Made by a program: the position numbers and the translations under genes. The notes beneath the pieces were generated by a model that had not been told where the DNA came from, searched no databases, and saw nothing but the letters and a program-made list of their open reading frames with translations. A stretch of DNA of 64,000 nucleotides from assembly GCA_965644265.1 (NCBI GenBank), contig OZ286463.1, forward strand, positions 19,096,001 to 19,160,000, written 5' to 3'. Numbering within the stretch: position 1 is the first letter of the stretch; every line of letters starts with the position of its first letter. This document shows, in pieces, positions 43,201-58,200 of the stretch. This stretch comes from Glycera tridactyla. Lineage: Eukaryota.

Positions 43201-46200
43201 GTATTCCTGAGTTGTTCAATCAGACCCTCCATGACCTGAAAGAGAGAAATGAATACAGTGACATTGATGTGATGTATTCCTGAGTTGTTCAATCAGACCC
43301 TCCATGACCAGAAACAGAGAAATAAATGCAGTGACATTGATGTGATGTATTCCCGAGTTGTTCAATCAGACCCTCCATGACCTGAAAGAGAGAAATGAAT
43401 ACAACAACATTGATGTGATGTATTCATGTCAGGGGATCAATTATAGCTTCTAAGAACCACACACTGCCATCCAAATATTACTATATCTATATATCCAAGC
43501 ATTCCCTATTTCACTGGTTGTCTTACATCACATGAGCACAATCTGTGCTATTTTTGAAACATCCATGCAAAGGGTATAGAAGTGATTATTCGAACCTTCT
43601 AGATGGATTATAAATGAAAAGTGAAAATGATCAAATTCAGACAGCCATAACGTCATCTCTGGTATTTCAGTCTTCGGATGTATTTGATTCTGTTCCTAAT
43701 ATATCTAATGATAGTTGAGATGTCATGACTGTTGGAATAGGTTGGCATGTCGTCTTCACCTATGGATCTTGTGTTTGCATGATGAGGCTTTGCAATGAAC
43801 AATAAAGTAACAAATGATACTCACGCTATTTGGCACAGTGGAGGAAGGAATGATGGCAGTGATACATGATATGATCCCTTTGAGGTGACTTGGATTGGAC
43901 ACAAGTGGAATGACTGCTTCGCAGAAACCCTGAATAAATGAAAAAAAAAAGATAACGTGAATTTGGAACAGATCCATACCATATTGCTGGCTATATTGAT
44001 GAAATATTTAGGGGACCACCTTCAGATATATCTGAACCAGTCTCTAACTGCAATAGAATACAAATGTCCCTGTGGTCTTCCAGGAAGTTCAGTTTCAATC
44101 TGGTATTCGTGAATCCATTTGAAGTTCTCGTCTCAATCGATTGAATGATAAGAGTAGCTCATAGGAATTTACATGCCGTAGAACCTGTATTCAGCAACCA
44201 CTGTATTCAGCAACCACCTGTCTCAAGCAGCCACTTTCTGTGGTGGTTGCTGATTACAGCTTCAACTGTATTCTTGGGAGGTTTTCATAGAGCAGGATGG
44301 TGTCCCATCAATATCCGAAACACTGACACATTCAACCTAATGTCTGTTGTTCTCATATAATTCCTGTAGTGCTATTTTGTACTTTCAAAATTGGAGGATA
44401 CACATATTTTGCATTGCATACATCCTTGATTGACTTGAAAAAACATACCACAAGTGCTCGTGCTAATTTGTCTGTGTTTTCCACTTCAGCAGGATACATA
44501 TCCTTCTCTGGAATGTAAAATTGGTTGAAAAATGCCTGCAAAATATAAACAGAGGTCACATCAATGACAAGCCATCATTCAGTATTTTTTTTCATCAGGT
44601 GATCATTTGAACAGCTTCAACGCACTGCAATATGTGCTCAGGTCATAGTGGCTCATGAAAAGTGATTCCCCATCTAATGTATTAACCGAGTAAAGAGGAG
44701 AAGGTTTTTCTCGCCCATAGTTTTGATCTGATGTTTGCAGGAAAAATGGTGTAAAAAGCATCACTGAATAGTATGATTGCTGCAGTCATCTCCACTTCTG
44801 ATAATTGTGCCCTCACTTTTGTCAAATTATATGAAATGAATCAACATATAAAAAGTAATAATTTCATTGAACGATGGGAAAAAAAAGAAATGTTAAGGTT
44901 TTAGGTCCACTTTCTGCACTTGAGTAGGCTAAATCAGACCACCTGCCAAGGAGGAGCGAAGATGAAAGGTGAAACATTCCTGCATGGTAGGACCAGGGAT
45001 TGAACCCCAGACCCATTGCACGCCGGCCCAGCATGCTACCACTGAACCACCAAGGTAGGCGAACCATGGGAACGAAGCCATGTAATCATCATGGGAGCAG
45101 AAAGTATGCTCGGTAGTATCGCTGCCCAAGATGCATTTTCTCAGTAAGAAACAGCATCGAGCATCGTCTCCACCATAGTGATACGTGTTTGGTAATATTT
45201 TGCCACGCCATGCATCAAGTATTGAAACATCATGGATGTAGAATAGCATCGTAGATATAGGCCTGAATCAATAAATCTCACTAGGCTGAAGGAATTCAAT
45301 AACGTGTCATCTCTAGTCATGAATGATGGGCCTCGAATTTTAATTTGAAAATTGTATTTACACTCTTACCTGTAGAATGGGCATGACAGTATCAAAGAAG
45401 TAATGCAATGTCACATGAGCCACACTTTCGACATCCTGTGGATCACTCACATCACTGAAAAAAAAAGCAATGACTTCCATATTCAGCAGACATGGTTGTC
45501 ATCTTTAGACTATGCTAAATCATACAACAACTTCGACTCTCACCATAAAGAGCTGTTACATTTGCACACCACTAATTGATGGAATGGCCTAAAATATCAT
45601 AAAATGACAGTAGGGATATGATTGTTGTATCCAGGTCTTCCATAGCCTGGTTTGGGTATATTATTCAATAATTATAAACCCACTCAAATTCCATACACAT
45701 CCATTCCATAAAGTCATTTCGGAAGTGAATTATTTGTATTGATATGAAACCACATCAAATCTGAAGCTAGGAGGTAGAGCAACATCCAATCCTGAGTGCA
45801 ATTCATCCAAAATCACGAATTCTCGATAGTAACAAGTATATTCGATTTACCATTTGTCTGGCGGTTTCTTTAGAAGATGCGTGGTGGTTTCCTGATTCTT
45901 AGAAATGTATTCGGTTAGGTCACATGCATCTCTTGCCACACTCTGTAGGAACTTCCATAGACTCCTGCAAAACGAACACACCATGTCAATCATTTTGATG
46001 TTTCAGGGATATCCTGCTGTTTCATTGAATGGTAACCCATCCTATTTGCATTTGGAAAGCTGTTTTAACTACGACGCCTCCCAAGTGAAATGAATGTTGG
46101 CTGAATGTGAGGATAAGGAATATCAAAAGTGGAGCAGTAATGGTTTGGTACTGAGTCAGATAGTACTTTCCCAGTGTTCAAACCATCCATTCTGTTTCCA

Positions 46201-49200
46201 TATCCCAGAATACATTCATCTGATTTCTGATGATTTTTGTTTGTTTGAGGTTTAACGGCATGTATCAACCCAAAGGATTTTTTATGCCGTGTGCTTCTGG
46301 TTAATGAAAGCTAGATGTTCTCTCCCCTGCAGACATCATTCTCACAAACCCTGAACACAAGATGATGGGGAACCTGAGAGGTTGTCAAGTGGAAGTAGCT
46401 GACACTTAAGCCTGATAGCAATGCTATTTTTGCAGGGCGATATCAAAAGTGGAGCAGTAATGGTGTGGTACTTAATCAGATAGTACTTTCCTCATGTTCA
46501 AACCATCCATTCTGTTTCCATATCCCAGTATATATTCATCTGATTTCTGATGATAATCTGCTGTGGAAAGATATATTCAAATTTGAAATCTGTCTTCATG
46601 AAGGATCCTGTACTGGATTTCTCATAAATATGCTTCCTTAGTTCGGATGAAGATATTTTTCCGATGTTTTCTGCCTGTGAGACAATGACACCCTTCAGTC
46701 ACCAAGTGATACTGTATCTACATGATGCCAATAATAGATGTTTTTGTTTGTTTGTTCCTGGTTAATGAAAGCTAGATGGTCTCTCCCCTGCAGACATCAC
46801 TCTCACAAACCATGAACACAAGATGATTGGGGACCTGAAAGGTTGTCAAGTGGAGGTAGCTGCCAATAATAGATGTGAATTACCCATCATGTGGTAGATC
46901 TCCCGCGCCACTCTCTACTGCACTGCCAGCAGTCTTCATGTAGACCCAGAGGAAATAGCGTAAGAAGGGACGTTTGAGATTGCAGTCAATATCATCATGA
47001 TTCATCACCCACATCAACTCCTCGACGCCCATGATTGTCTGACACATCGACTCAATGAAACGATTCTCCCCCTGTAGCAATAGAGAATGTAAATATTTCA
47101 ATATGTGCAGTGCAACATTCATGATAGTAACCAATCACGGTGTAGCAGATGGTAAAAATGGAAATGTTGGGGTTTTAGGACCACTTTCTGCACTTAAGTG
47201 GGCTAAATCAGACTAACTGCCAAGGAGGAGCGAAGATGAAGGGTGAAACGTTCCTGCATGGTAGGACCTGGGATTGAACCCCAGACCCATTACATGCCGG
47301 CCCATTTCGCTACCACTAAGCCACCAAGGCAGACTGTAGCAGATGGGAAAGATGTAAATTTCATGGAAAGCTAGAAACATGAAAATAATCGATAACACTC
47401 ATGTATACGTCATGCGTGGCCACTTCCACATTTGTCTGCAGGAACAGTTCCCACATAGGGGCTTTTCAAAGAACTGGTGTAGTCTGATTTTTTCATGGCC
47501 ATTACTGAAACATATCACTACAATTTCGAAGGGTTCTTCATTCAAGAAAGACTTTGATCCAAGGATCAGAAGCATTACATATGCTGTTCAAAAATATCTG
47601 CGCCAATGCAACAATGCTACTGAAATGGTGGCCAAATGGAAATGATCCACCACAATAATTGAACCATCGTTTCCCATATTGCCACATGCAGAGTAAACTT
47701 ATATTCAATGCTCGGTGAAGAAACCAATTAGAACATACTATAACGTGCCAATCAATTTAAACAGTTATATGAAAATCAGATATAGATATAGTAGATCTGT
47801 ACCTCAGCACATGTGGCCAGTAAGTCAATAAGGCTGATGAGGTATTTCAGGTGATTGCGATCCATCTTCATAGTCAATATTTGTTCTCTAAACTCTCGTG
47901 GCTGGTCGAGAACAAAGGCAAGTTTGTTGTAATCCTGCATGATGAACTTCATCACATAGGCTTGATTACGCTTCAACGTCAAACCCAGTCCTTCCACTTT
48001 AACGATGACATTCAACAGGTCCAGAAACTCCGGGGCGCGTGCTTTATGCTCTGCTGCCAAGTTAACTATCGTCTGAATCTGCTGAGGTAAGACCTTCAGG
48101 CATGTGCTCTGATTCCCGATGAATGCCTGCAAAAATAGATATTTAAGGTAGCTAGATGCAAACGATGGCTATATTGAGACGACGGGGAATGTAGAACTCT
48201 TCAGCTTTCAAGAAAACTGTTGAAATGAAACCAACACGATATATAAGCTGCATCAGTGGCTTGACTAGCGACGAGGATGAATCTTCCGGATTGTGATGAA
48301 AATTCACAAATGTTTTTAACAAAATATATTAGGATGAGGCGGCTCTGCCCATGGAGAAAACCAGGAGTATTTTCGTTAGAATACAATCCCTTCGTGGGAT
48401 GATGCGTATATACATGCGAATGCTCGGGGTGGTGTTTCCGTAGACCGGGAGCTATTGTCTGTTTTTATTAAAATTGTGAGCTGGCTAGCTACACAAAAAA
48501 TAGGTGAAAACAGAGGAAACATATTGTGATATGACACGGATTATCATCATGAAGGTTCAAACCCAAACTACTGTCAATGTATCAAGGTGAACATTCCATG
48601 GGTCAGAGATGATTTTATAATGAGTTGGCTCCCATTACTGACATGAACATAATAAGATAGAAAGTCTGATTAGACTGATACATATTTGTTGTATTCATCC
48701 GATAAAGTTGCAGCACACTACCTTGGTTAATTAATTTTCTGGAACAAATGCAGAATCAAATTTCTGAGATCATCTTATAATGAAAGCAAGGTAAATTACT
48801 GTCGGGCGAAGTCTGTGCTTTCCTGGATATAATGTTCTCTCAGACGACCACAGCATCATATGATATCACCTGGGGGACATTATGTCTACTGTCCGTCGTT
48901 CTATCCATCTGATACCGTATGAACTGGCTCAATATGTATGGAGTGACATAGTGGCCGCGTGGCATGGCCCAGGAGATGCTGAAGGTAACAACAAACTTCA
49001 ATGAATGAATTAGGTCACTAACACCAATATTTGATGTAAGATTTGTACTTACCTCTTTCAATGCAATTGCAAGGTCGGACTCTACTACTTTGATTTTGAG
49101 CAAGGTGTCCAGACGCTCAAACATTCGCACTTGAACAACATCATTTCCCCTGGCCAGGGCCTTGAGGAGCTTCAGACTCTTCTTCAGTACTTCTTCCATT

Positions 49201-52200
49201 CCACGGTACTGTTCCTGATAAAGGTAATATACATCATCCCATCAACTTGCTTTACCGTATTGTTGATATAAACCAAGGAATGGAACTAGAAATATCTCTC
49301 CTACTGCTTTGACACTAAGAATGTATGCAGGATTTGATACAAACCTCGTCGATTTCGTCACTCTAATTTGAGGGGACCATTCACCCAACATCCCTTCAGA
49401 AGAACTTCTCGTGTATGTTGCATAATATAAAATCACTGACATCTTAGCTGGACCCCTGTCAATGGCTCATAATTCTAGATTGTGAGGATCACTTGGCATA
49501 AATATTTTTTGTCTATCGACAGACCAGCTCACCGACTGACAGATGGACTAACCAATGGCCGACCGACTGACTGACTGTCAAAAGTGACTCCACTATATTT
49601 CGTTGAAACTTCATTTGTATGGGGGGTAGAAACCACGTATGTTATCAAATATGAACTTACTAGGAAGTGAGATTTAATGCATTTGTGAAAGTGTCAATAA
49701 AATAAAGTAGCACTTTGGCTCGTCATACACGCAATGGATACAAATATAAAACAAGCATTAATTCAATGTGCCTCAGTCAACTCTTACATTAAATTATTTT
49801 ATGAGAAAACAATTCAATCCATCGTATGAAAATCAATCTTCAATGTGGAATTCCCTCGAGAAAAATACAACTTTCTCTAACTCACTACCCAGGGTCACCA
49901 CAATCATTCCGGATTGAGTTACATAGTCCCCGATAGATTTCACATATTTTTTTAAAGCATTCTGAACTGAAGCTGATGTTGAGGTTAAATAATTTGAGTT
50001 CTGAGGAGAAAATAGTAGTGGAGATAACGAATTATGTATACGTATAATGCTAGCTATGGGGTTGACTCGAATCCATTATGCCAAAGAAATTCCAAGTTAG
50101 GTTTCACCAGCCACCATTCAGAATCGAGTCTACCATCTATTTCTACTATACAGAAGGTATGATTAGTGCCACAAACTAGTCTTGAGATGTTAGTTACCAT
50201 TCATCAGGTATAAGATACTGCACTTTGGAATTGAAGAACAGAGAAAGAGGGACAGAAAACCCATCAATGAATAATTGAACCAGCCAATCGAGATTCAGCA
50301 TCTGGCATTGTGGATGATATTGGGACGTCCATACAATGAGCATCAACAAGGATCAGGCAGATCTCCTTCTCACGGATTCCCTGCCTGACAAAATGTGAAA
50401 TGGCATGGAAATCACAGCCTCTCTATGTGTCGCCATGAACGAGGTATCATTTTCTGGAATGCCGGAATGGGAACAAACGCCAAATCACCCATTCTTATAT
50501 CAGATTATGCAAGTGAAGAAGCTATTGTGGAAGATGTGCCCATTATTCAATTGAGTGGGATGGGACCTGTATTCGATATACACGGGTTGGTGCACGCTCA
50601 CATTATTTCACTTTATTAGTCCCCAAAATAACCAATATCGAAGACTATCGTTGATATATATTCAATTCGCAACAAGGCATTTTTCCTGACCAATACTCAT
50701 ATCCTTATCTTTCCCATTGAGATTTTAGTTAATTTCAATGATATTTCAGGAAACAACTATTGACTCACTTCACTATGCAGACTATATCCTGAATATTGAG
50801 CCCCATGTATTACTGTGTGCTAATCATCTTTCAATCTTTCTGTTGTCTTATGATCCACATATTGATGCACCTTAACAAAACTTAAAGGTTGATCTGTAAT
50901 CGACGACTTGGAAAGCCATATTCAAGGGTCTAGTTAGGAGCACAAGTTGGCATACACATGTGTCAAAGTTAACCCTTATCCATAGCCCAATCATACATGC
51001 TCACATCTGCGGATATGCACATTCTATAATTGTGGAATATTGTAATGGGAGAAGGATGTTAACTGGGAGGAAGGAAGCTATGTGTCTTGTAGCATAGTAG
51101 TTGGTTCACCACCAGGAAAGCCCATTCATCAAAATGTTCCTGAATATTGATACTGGAATATTTTTGCCTATCTGTTGTATTCATTGTCATGAAATTCATG
51201 GACTGGGTTTTGTTCTTTGTGTAGGTATTAAAGGACTCTAGAAAATAATTGCAGGAACACAGTGATGTGAATATCAATTTTAGTCGAAAATGGGCTTTCC
51301 TGGGTCACCTTTCAGGTTTCATGCTTACAGGGTAACATTCCTACAAAAAAATCAATAGTACAGTCGTCAAACGTAAGTTAATCTTCAATGATGCCAAACT
51401 AAGATGCTGCAATAAAGGGTGGGTGTAAAATGAGTGAGATTCAGTATTTGACACGTCACAAATAGTCAACCCCCTACCCTTGAAGACATATCTGATGAAC
51501 AGAAGACAGATGGTGACTGGGAGCTTACCAAATTCCATGGCAAACCGGGAAGATTTTCATCTAATCAAACTCCTAATCAAACAATCTTCTACATGCTATA
51601 CTGATAAATTCTATCTTAATGTAATCACCTTGATTTGTGTTTGCCTAATATGATTTGTCACTCAACTCGAAGATATACATTAAATACAAGCATAAGGCAT
51701 TCCTCATTGATCCCCAAAGAAAATGCTACAAACAGTATATTTACATTGAGCAAAATTGGATAGTGAATAGGCTTACCATGAGTTTGGCATCTATTTCTTG
51801 TGAGAGTATATCAAAGACTAGCGTGAGTAGCTCTGAAATGATGAGGATAAGATAATATGAGCAAATATGTAACTGACATGATTTCTCATAAGCAGAGTTA
51901 TTTGTGGAATATCTACTGAAATATGAGATACGAGACGACAGGAGAATAGAAAGTATATATTCATTGAGTAACTGACATGATTTCTCATAAGCAGAGTTAA
52001 TCGTGGAATATCTACCGAAATATGAGATACGAGACGACAGGAGAATAGAAAATATATATTCATTGAGTAACTGACATGATTTCTCATAAGCAGAGTTAAT
52101 CGTGGAATATCTACTGGAATATGAGATACGAGACGAGAGGAGAATAGAAAATTTATATTCATCGAGTAACTGATATGATTTCTCATAAGCGGGGTCAATC

Positions 52201-55200
52201 GTGGAATATCTACTGAAATATGAGATACGAGACGACAGGAGAATAGAGAATATATATTCATTGAGTAACTGACATGATTTCTCATAAGCAGAGTTAATCG
52301 TGGAATATCTACCGAAATATGAGATACGAGACGACAGGAGAATAGAGAATATATATTCATTGAGTAACTGACATGATTTCTCATAAGCAGAGTTAATCGT
52401 GGAATATCTACTGAAATATGAGATACGAGACGACAGGAGAATAGAAAGTATATATTCATTGAGTAACTGACATGATTTCTCATAAGCAGAGTTAATCGTG
52501 GAATATCTACTGAAATATGAGATACGAGACGACAGGGAAATAGAAAGGATATATATTCATTGAGTGAGGCTCAGATGTTTGTTGGTTTGCTAGATAGGTG
52601 GTCTATTGGTTTGTGATTTGGACGTGTGTATAATGGCAGTGGGTGGTTTGATGTTTGTTGGTTTGCTAGATGGCTGGTCTGTTGGTTTGTGATATGGACG
52701 TGTGTATAATGGCAGTGGGTGGTTTGATGTTTGTTGGTTTGCTAGATGGGTATTATGTTGGTTCGTAATTTGGACGTGTGTATGATGGCAGTGGGTGGTT
52801 TGATGTTTGTTGGTTCGCTAGATAGGTGGTTCATTGGTTGTTAATTTGGACGTGTGTATAATGGCAGTGGTTGGTTTGATGTTTGTTGATTTGCTAGATG
52901 GGTGGTCTATTGGTTGTTAATTTGGACGTGTGTATAATGGCAGTGGTTGGTTTGATGTTTGTTGGTTTGCTAGATGGCTGGTCTGTTGGTTTATGATATG
53001 GACGTGTGTATAATGGCAGTGGGTGGTTCGATGTTTGTTGGTTCACTAGATGGGTGGTCTATCGGTTGGTAATTTGGACGTGTGTATGATGGCAGTGGGT
53101 GGTTCGATGTTTGTTGGTTTGCTAGATGGGTGGTATGTTGGTTGGTAATTTTGACGTGTGTATGATGGCAGTGGGTGGTTCGATGTTTGTTGGTTTGCTA
53201 GATGGGTGGTCTATTGGTTGGTAATTTGGACGTGTGTATAATGGCAGTGGGTGGTTTGGTGGGTTATTGAGTGTCTAATTCTTTGCCATATAATATATAG
53301 ACAATATATGAATTTCTATACAATATTGAGATTCACACGTCTTGCCCTGTGGTATATTCTTGCTACATACTCTGTGATACAGTATAACAACTGGATTAGA
53401 TAGATCTGAACTGGAAGGTCTATTCAGAAATTGTTTTGTTTGGTCACTCTGCAGGAGATGAAACATACCAATTGATCAGCTGAAAAAGGCTTACAAATGA
53501 TAGAGGTGATGTATCAAATATCCAGCCTCCAAGTAGGTCAATTGGTAATGAGATCAATAATGTAGTAATGAATGTAGTAACGAAGAGAACTCTAACTCAC
53601 CATGATTAATCAGGATGTTCTGATTCATTGGATGGCGTTCATGCTCTTCCTTCGGCAGGTGACAGAACCTAGGGAGAGAGTTGTGGTATGGAGTAATGTT
53701 TTGAATTGTTTGGTACGACTAGTGTTATTAGATATTTGTTGGAACTAGTACTTCATGATTCCCATAATTAATGATCTGTTTGTGAAAACTCTAAAATGAA
53801 TATCAGAAATTTTGCTCAGTGACTTGAATATTGGTTTGTATTGAAACTTATTCATAAATTCAAATCTTGCCAGCACCAAGGATGTTCCATATTGATAATG
53901 TGTTCAGAATCTATATATGATATTATTACTAAGATTTCCGATTCGAAGTTTCTGCACTATTATCCACATCAAGCATCACCTGGGAAATTCTATTCGGTAC
54001 TAATGTGTACTTAATGCCATATCACAGACAATCTCTCAAGTAGCATGATTGAGTTTATATATGTCAATCAGTCGACAATTCATATTCATCACTTCTGCAT
54101 CGACTCAACTATGGATATTCATGTCTGGAAGTTGAGGTACATCCTTGATTTGATTCTTATAATCTTCACCACTCACTGGCATTCAAGTTGACAACCACCT
54201 TTTGCATCCTGCACCAACTCAGACAAAGTGTCTCAACTGCTGATATTCATGTTTGGAAGTTGAGGCACATCCTTGATTTGATTCTTATAATCTTCAACAC
54301 TCAGTGGCAATCAAGTTGACAACCACCTTCTGCATCCTGCACCAACTCAGACAAAGTGTCTCAACAGCTGATATTCATGTCTGGAAGTTGAGGTACATCC
54401 TTGATTTGGATCTTATAATATTCGCTACTCAGAGATATCTGAATATCTATCATTTATATCATTATTCAAAAATGATCTTATATTCCCCGTGGGCTTCAAT
54501 ATAACAAGCTACATATTTGAATGGAGAACAAATATAGGAAACTAACTCAGTGTATCTGTCCAGAACGGACGACATTGTCTTGACTTGGTCATCGTTCAGC
54601 TTGGATTTTGCATGTCGGCGCAAGATGGGCATGGTTCTCGCTATTTCTCGATGTACGTGGCATGAATCTGTCGTTATCAGAACCTGAGACAAACATGAGC
54701 AACATTAACATATACAGATAGAGGATGTGAAAAGGAGTCAGACAGAGAAGCACATGATTTGAAAGAATCATATTTTATGACACAACCCATTGCCAGCCAG
54801 TGAATGAACAAAACATGGCTGATAACCTGAGCTCGGATCTCTTCATTCTATTGAATGCAAGTACCTCCCATGTTCGGCATTAGATCTTTTTGATGATAGT
54901 ATGCCATTTGTCTTCTATAACAAAATCAGTGAAAGTTGTGTGATATACATATATCATGAACAATTTGCAAGTGATATGGATTGTTTGTTTGTGTCACACT
55001 CCAAGATGACTGAGGTTATGTGTGAATGCCTTCTTTCCATCGTCATGAAATACCACGTGGGTTGATGTAATGCAGAACTTCACATCGGACTGTGTATGTC
55101 TGTGTGTCTGCATGACTGAAGGATTGTATGCGTCAATTGGTGGGTGGATTGAACTAGGGATTGGTTGATGGCAGGTTAATCGATTGACTAAAAATTTTAG

Positions 55201-58200
55201 AGGATGATCATTGGTGTATGTACCTCCAACATTGAATAAGCAGTATAGGATCAACGAGCTGAGGATTCGAGCATGCTTGTCAAACATATGTATTTTTAAG
55301 TGTCCACAACTAAAATGAAAAACCATAAGCTATGATTATGTTTTCTCCAACCTGCACTCGGGATCCACATGTATATATGTATGTATGTATGTATGTATGT
55401 GGAGGTCAACAGTTATTATGGTGTGAAGTATGGAGCATACACACTTACCATTGCCTGAACAGCCATTTTGAAGAGTTTGGTCTTGGATGAATAATACTTG
55501 TTGAGTAATGCTAAGGACTTGTTGATCATCTTGTCATACTTGTAGTTGGAAAGGTCCTGGAAATCAAAGTATTGATGAAATTATGATAGACCAATATTCT
55601 GCGAACATTCAGGCAGGATGACTCCTAGCAGATTCAATTGGACCTAGAAGCTGTGTATCCATGAGATAAGATGGTAGATTTTCCTTAGCGCCAACAGTTC
55701 CACTTCCAACTCGGCTAAATCTCCGGTACCACAGATGTGAATGATGATGATAATGATAGCAATTGTTGCTAAGAATGGCCAGCTCACCAATGTGCCATAT
55801 GGCCATCTCAAAGTAAGCCTAAATGCAGAGACATCCTATTTTCTCGTTTTCACTGTATTTGCTCAGTCAAACATGAGTACATGCACTGATTGCAGATACA
55901 AACTATTACAATATATGCGCCATCGTTTCTGACAATTGAGCCTCAAGTTATATATTGGAGATTTTGAGCAATCCGATGATAGTGACAGTGAGTATTAAGA
56001 ATTGAGTATCCAATATTTACCATGAGGATGGAAGTGATCTGTTCAGAATCAAAATAGGCCGTTGCATCAAACATTGCGCGCAAATCCTTCAGTGCTTTCT
56101 TCTGTAATTTCAGGCCTCTCCTGAAATGTATAACAAGATAATGATACAGAAAAATTCACATGATCAGTTGCAAGATAATGGTAAGACTTGGCCCATTCTC
56201 ATCAAATGGTTGTCATATAGATACCGTGATCTATGGTACTTGCGAAATATGAAGATATATTTGGATCATATGCATATCGAAATACATCAGGCTATTGATA
56301 CACTGCACTCCCAGAACTGGAGGAGAATGTGACCCTGTTACCTGTAGGCCCACTCTCATAGATGGCATAAATCCTCATACATCATCCAACTTGAAGTTGC
56401 TGCATATGCCAGTATATCACGAGGATGATTGTATTCGAGCTGTATCAATGTGAAAAGTGAGCTGATTCCCATGCCTGATTATAATGACTCATCCAAATAT
56501 CCAAAGACAATGCATCTGGTACTGGTGAACAGAGTGCATGCTAGGTAATCACAACCAAGTAGACACTTCGGAATCTAGGATCAAAACAAAGACCACTCTT
56601 GAAGGTGAACAGGGTACGTTTTTCTCTTTGTGAAAAAAATGTTTAGATTCTGCGCATCTAAACGCTGGAATACATTGGTTACAGGCCGGCCAGAAAGGGA
56701 AGTGATGAAAAGAGAACCATTCAAGGAATTTATGAAGGAGCTGCGTCATATAAGACTCTGACGATTATATATTATTATATACAAGACCTTTCATTCATTT
56801 CATCTATTCATTTTCATCTGATTCACCATCATTCAATCATCGCATTTGAATTTATGTAGCTTTTCATATCGTCTCCCTCGAAATGAACAATTTACCTTGC
56901 TGTATGATTGTTTAAATGCTTGTTGACGACGTTAGATAAAAGTTTTTCAATTTCAAATTCCAATGTGTTTTGACCAAGGATACCTCATGTTGCTTTCTTC
57001 ATTCTGAACCGATTACTCTTTACTGCTGTTCGATTCAAAGTTTTTTTCCGATGTTATGATGGAAATGAATTTTGATACAGATGATCAAATCACAAATTTA
57101 TCAAATTAGCTGTTAATTTATCTATTTAGTTATCAATCTAGTTACTATTGTCATTTCCATGATTGTGTATTTAGTGGTTGTCTTTATTGAGTTCTGAATC
57201 CCTGTAGTCATACCCTATAGAGAATGCTTAAATTATGTACTGGTTTCATTTATTGTCCAATGCTGTCATGTTTACTCTCAAAACAACTTGTTGATTTTTT
57301 TGTATGATCAAGTGGATTACTTAATTGATTATCTGCCAGCTAAAGTTCATGTATATCTTACGCTATGAATACCAAGGGTCGAATCCGGGTCATTCATTCA
57401 TTCATTCATCCTCATATCATCCATTATCATTCCATCCATTGTCATTTGTTGATACCATCCTCGCTCATACTATCGTAGTTGAGTATATGTTCATATCAAT
57501 TCGTCATCCTGAAGATGTATGCTCCTGTAGCAACCAAATGTCGAATAAAAATAATGTGTTAAAAATAAAAAAGCAAAACAGAATTCACAATTACATGCAT
57601 GATGGTATGATTACTTACTTGGACTGATCGAAGGGATCGAAGACCTCATACAGGAGCTCTGACAAGACACTCCGCTGTTTGGCCTTCTTGGCATTCGCTG
57701 TTGTCTCTGCTGTCTTGAATTTGGCAATAAAACTCTGAAATATTGCAAGTAGATTCTCTGATTGGTACATGCGACATCCATTATGGCGATTCCATTATGG
57801 TAGCGTAATTCTTACTGAAATGTTGGATATATGTTCAACATCATGTAGCATCTGATCCAAAGGTCATATTGCATGCATTCATAACGAATGGTCTTCATTC
57901 CAAATTTCAGTATTTGACGTTGGTTATTATCTCAGTGTTGCAGCTACTTCATCTATAGAAGATTGTGTGGATCCCCATTATTCAACCATGCCACTAAATA
58001 CTTGGAAAATAACATGATCAGGATCAGGTGCTGGCAAGGGACACACACATCCTTAATGCTACGGACCAATGACTATCACATTGGTATCGAAGGCTTAAGT
58101 TACGTGTGAGGGATTGCAAAGATTTCAAATATGTATTCTTTTTTTGAATATCATATATAGTGTATATCCACTTACCTCAAGGCGAGAATTGAATTGGAAC

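Noticed and set aside
13912-47334. tRNA-like sequences as tRNA genes
   Set aside because: The heads are fused to a shared non-tRNA body and tail, are flanked by TSDs and have degenerate stems. They are SINEs.
51818-52483. 221-aa ORF
   Set aside because: It is a 33-aa periodic product of the 99-bp array.
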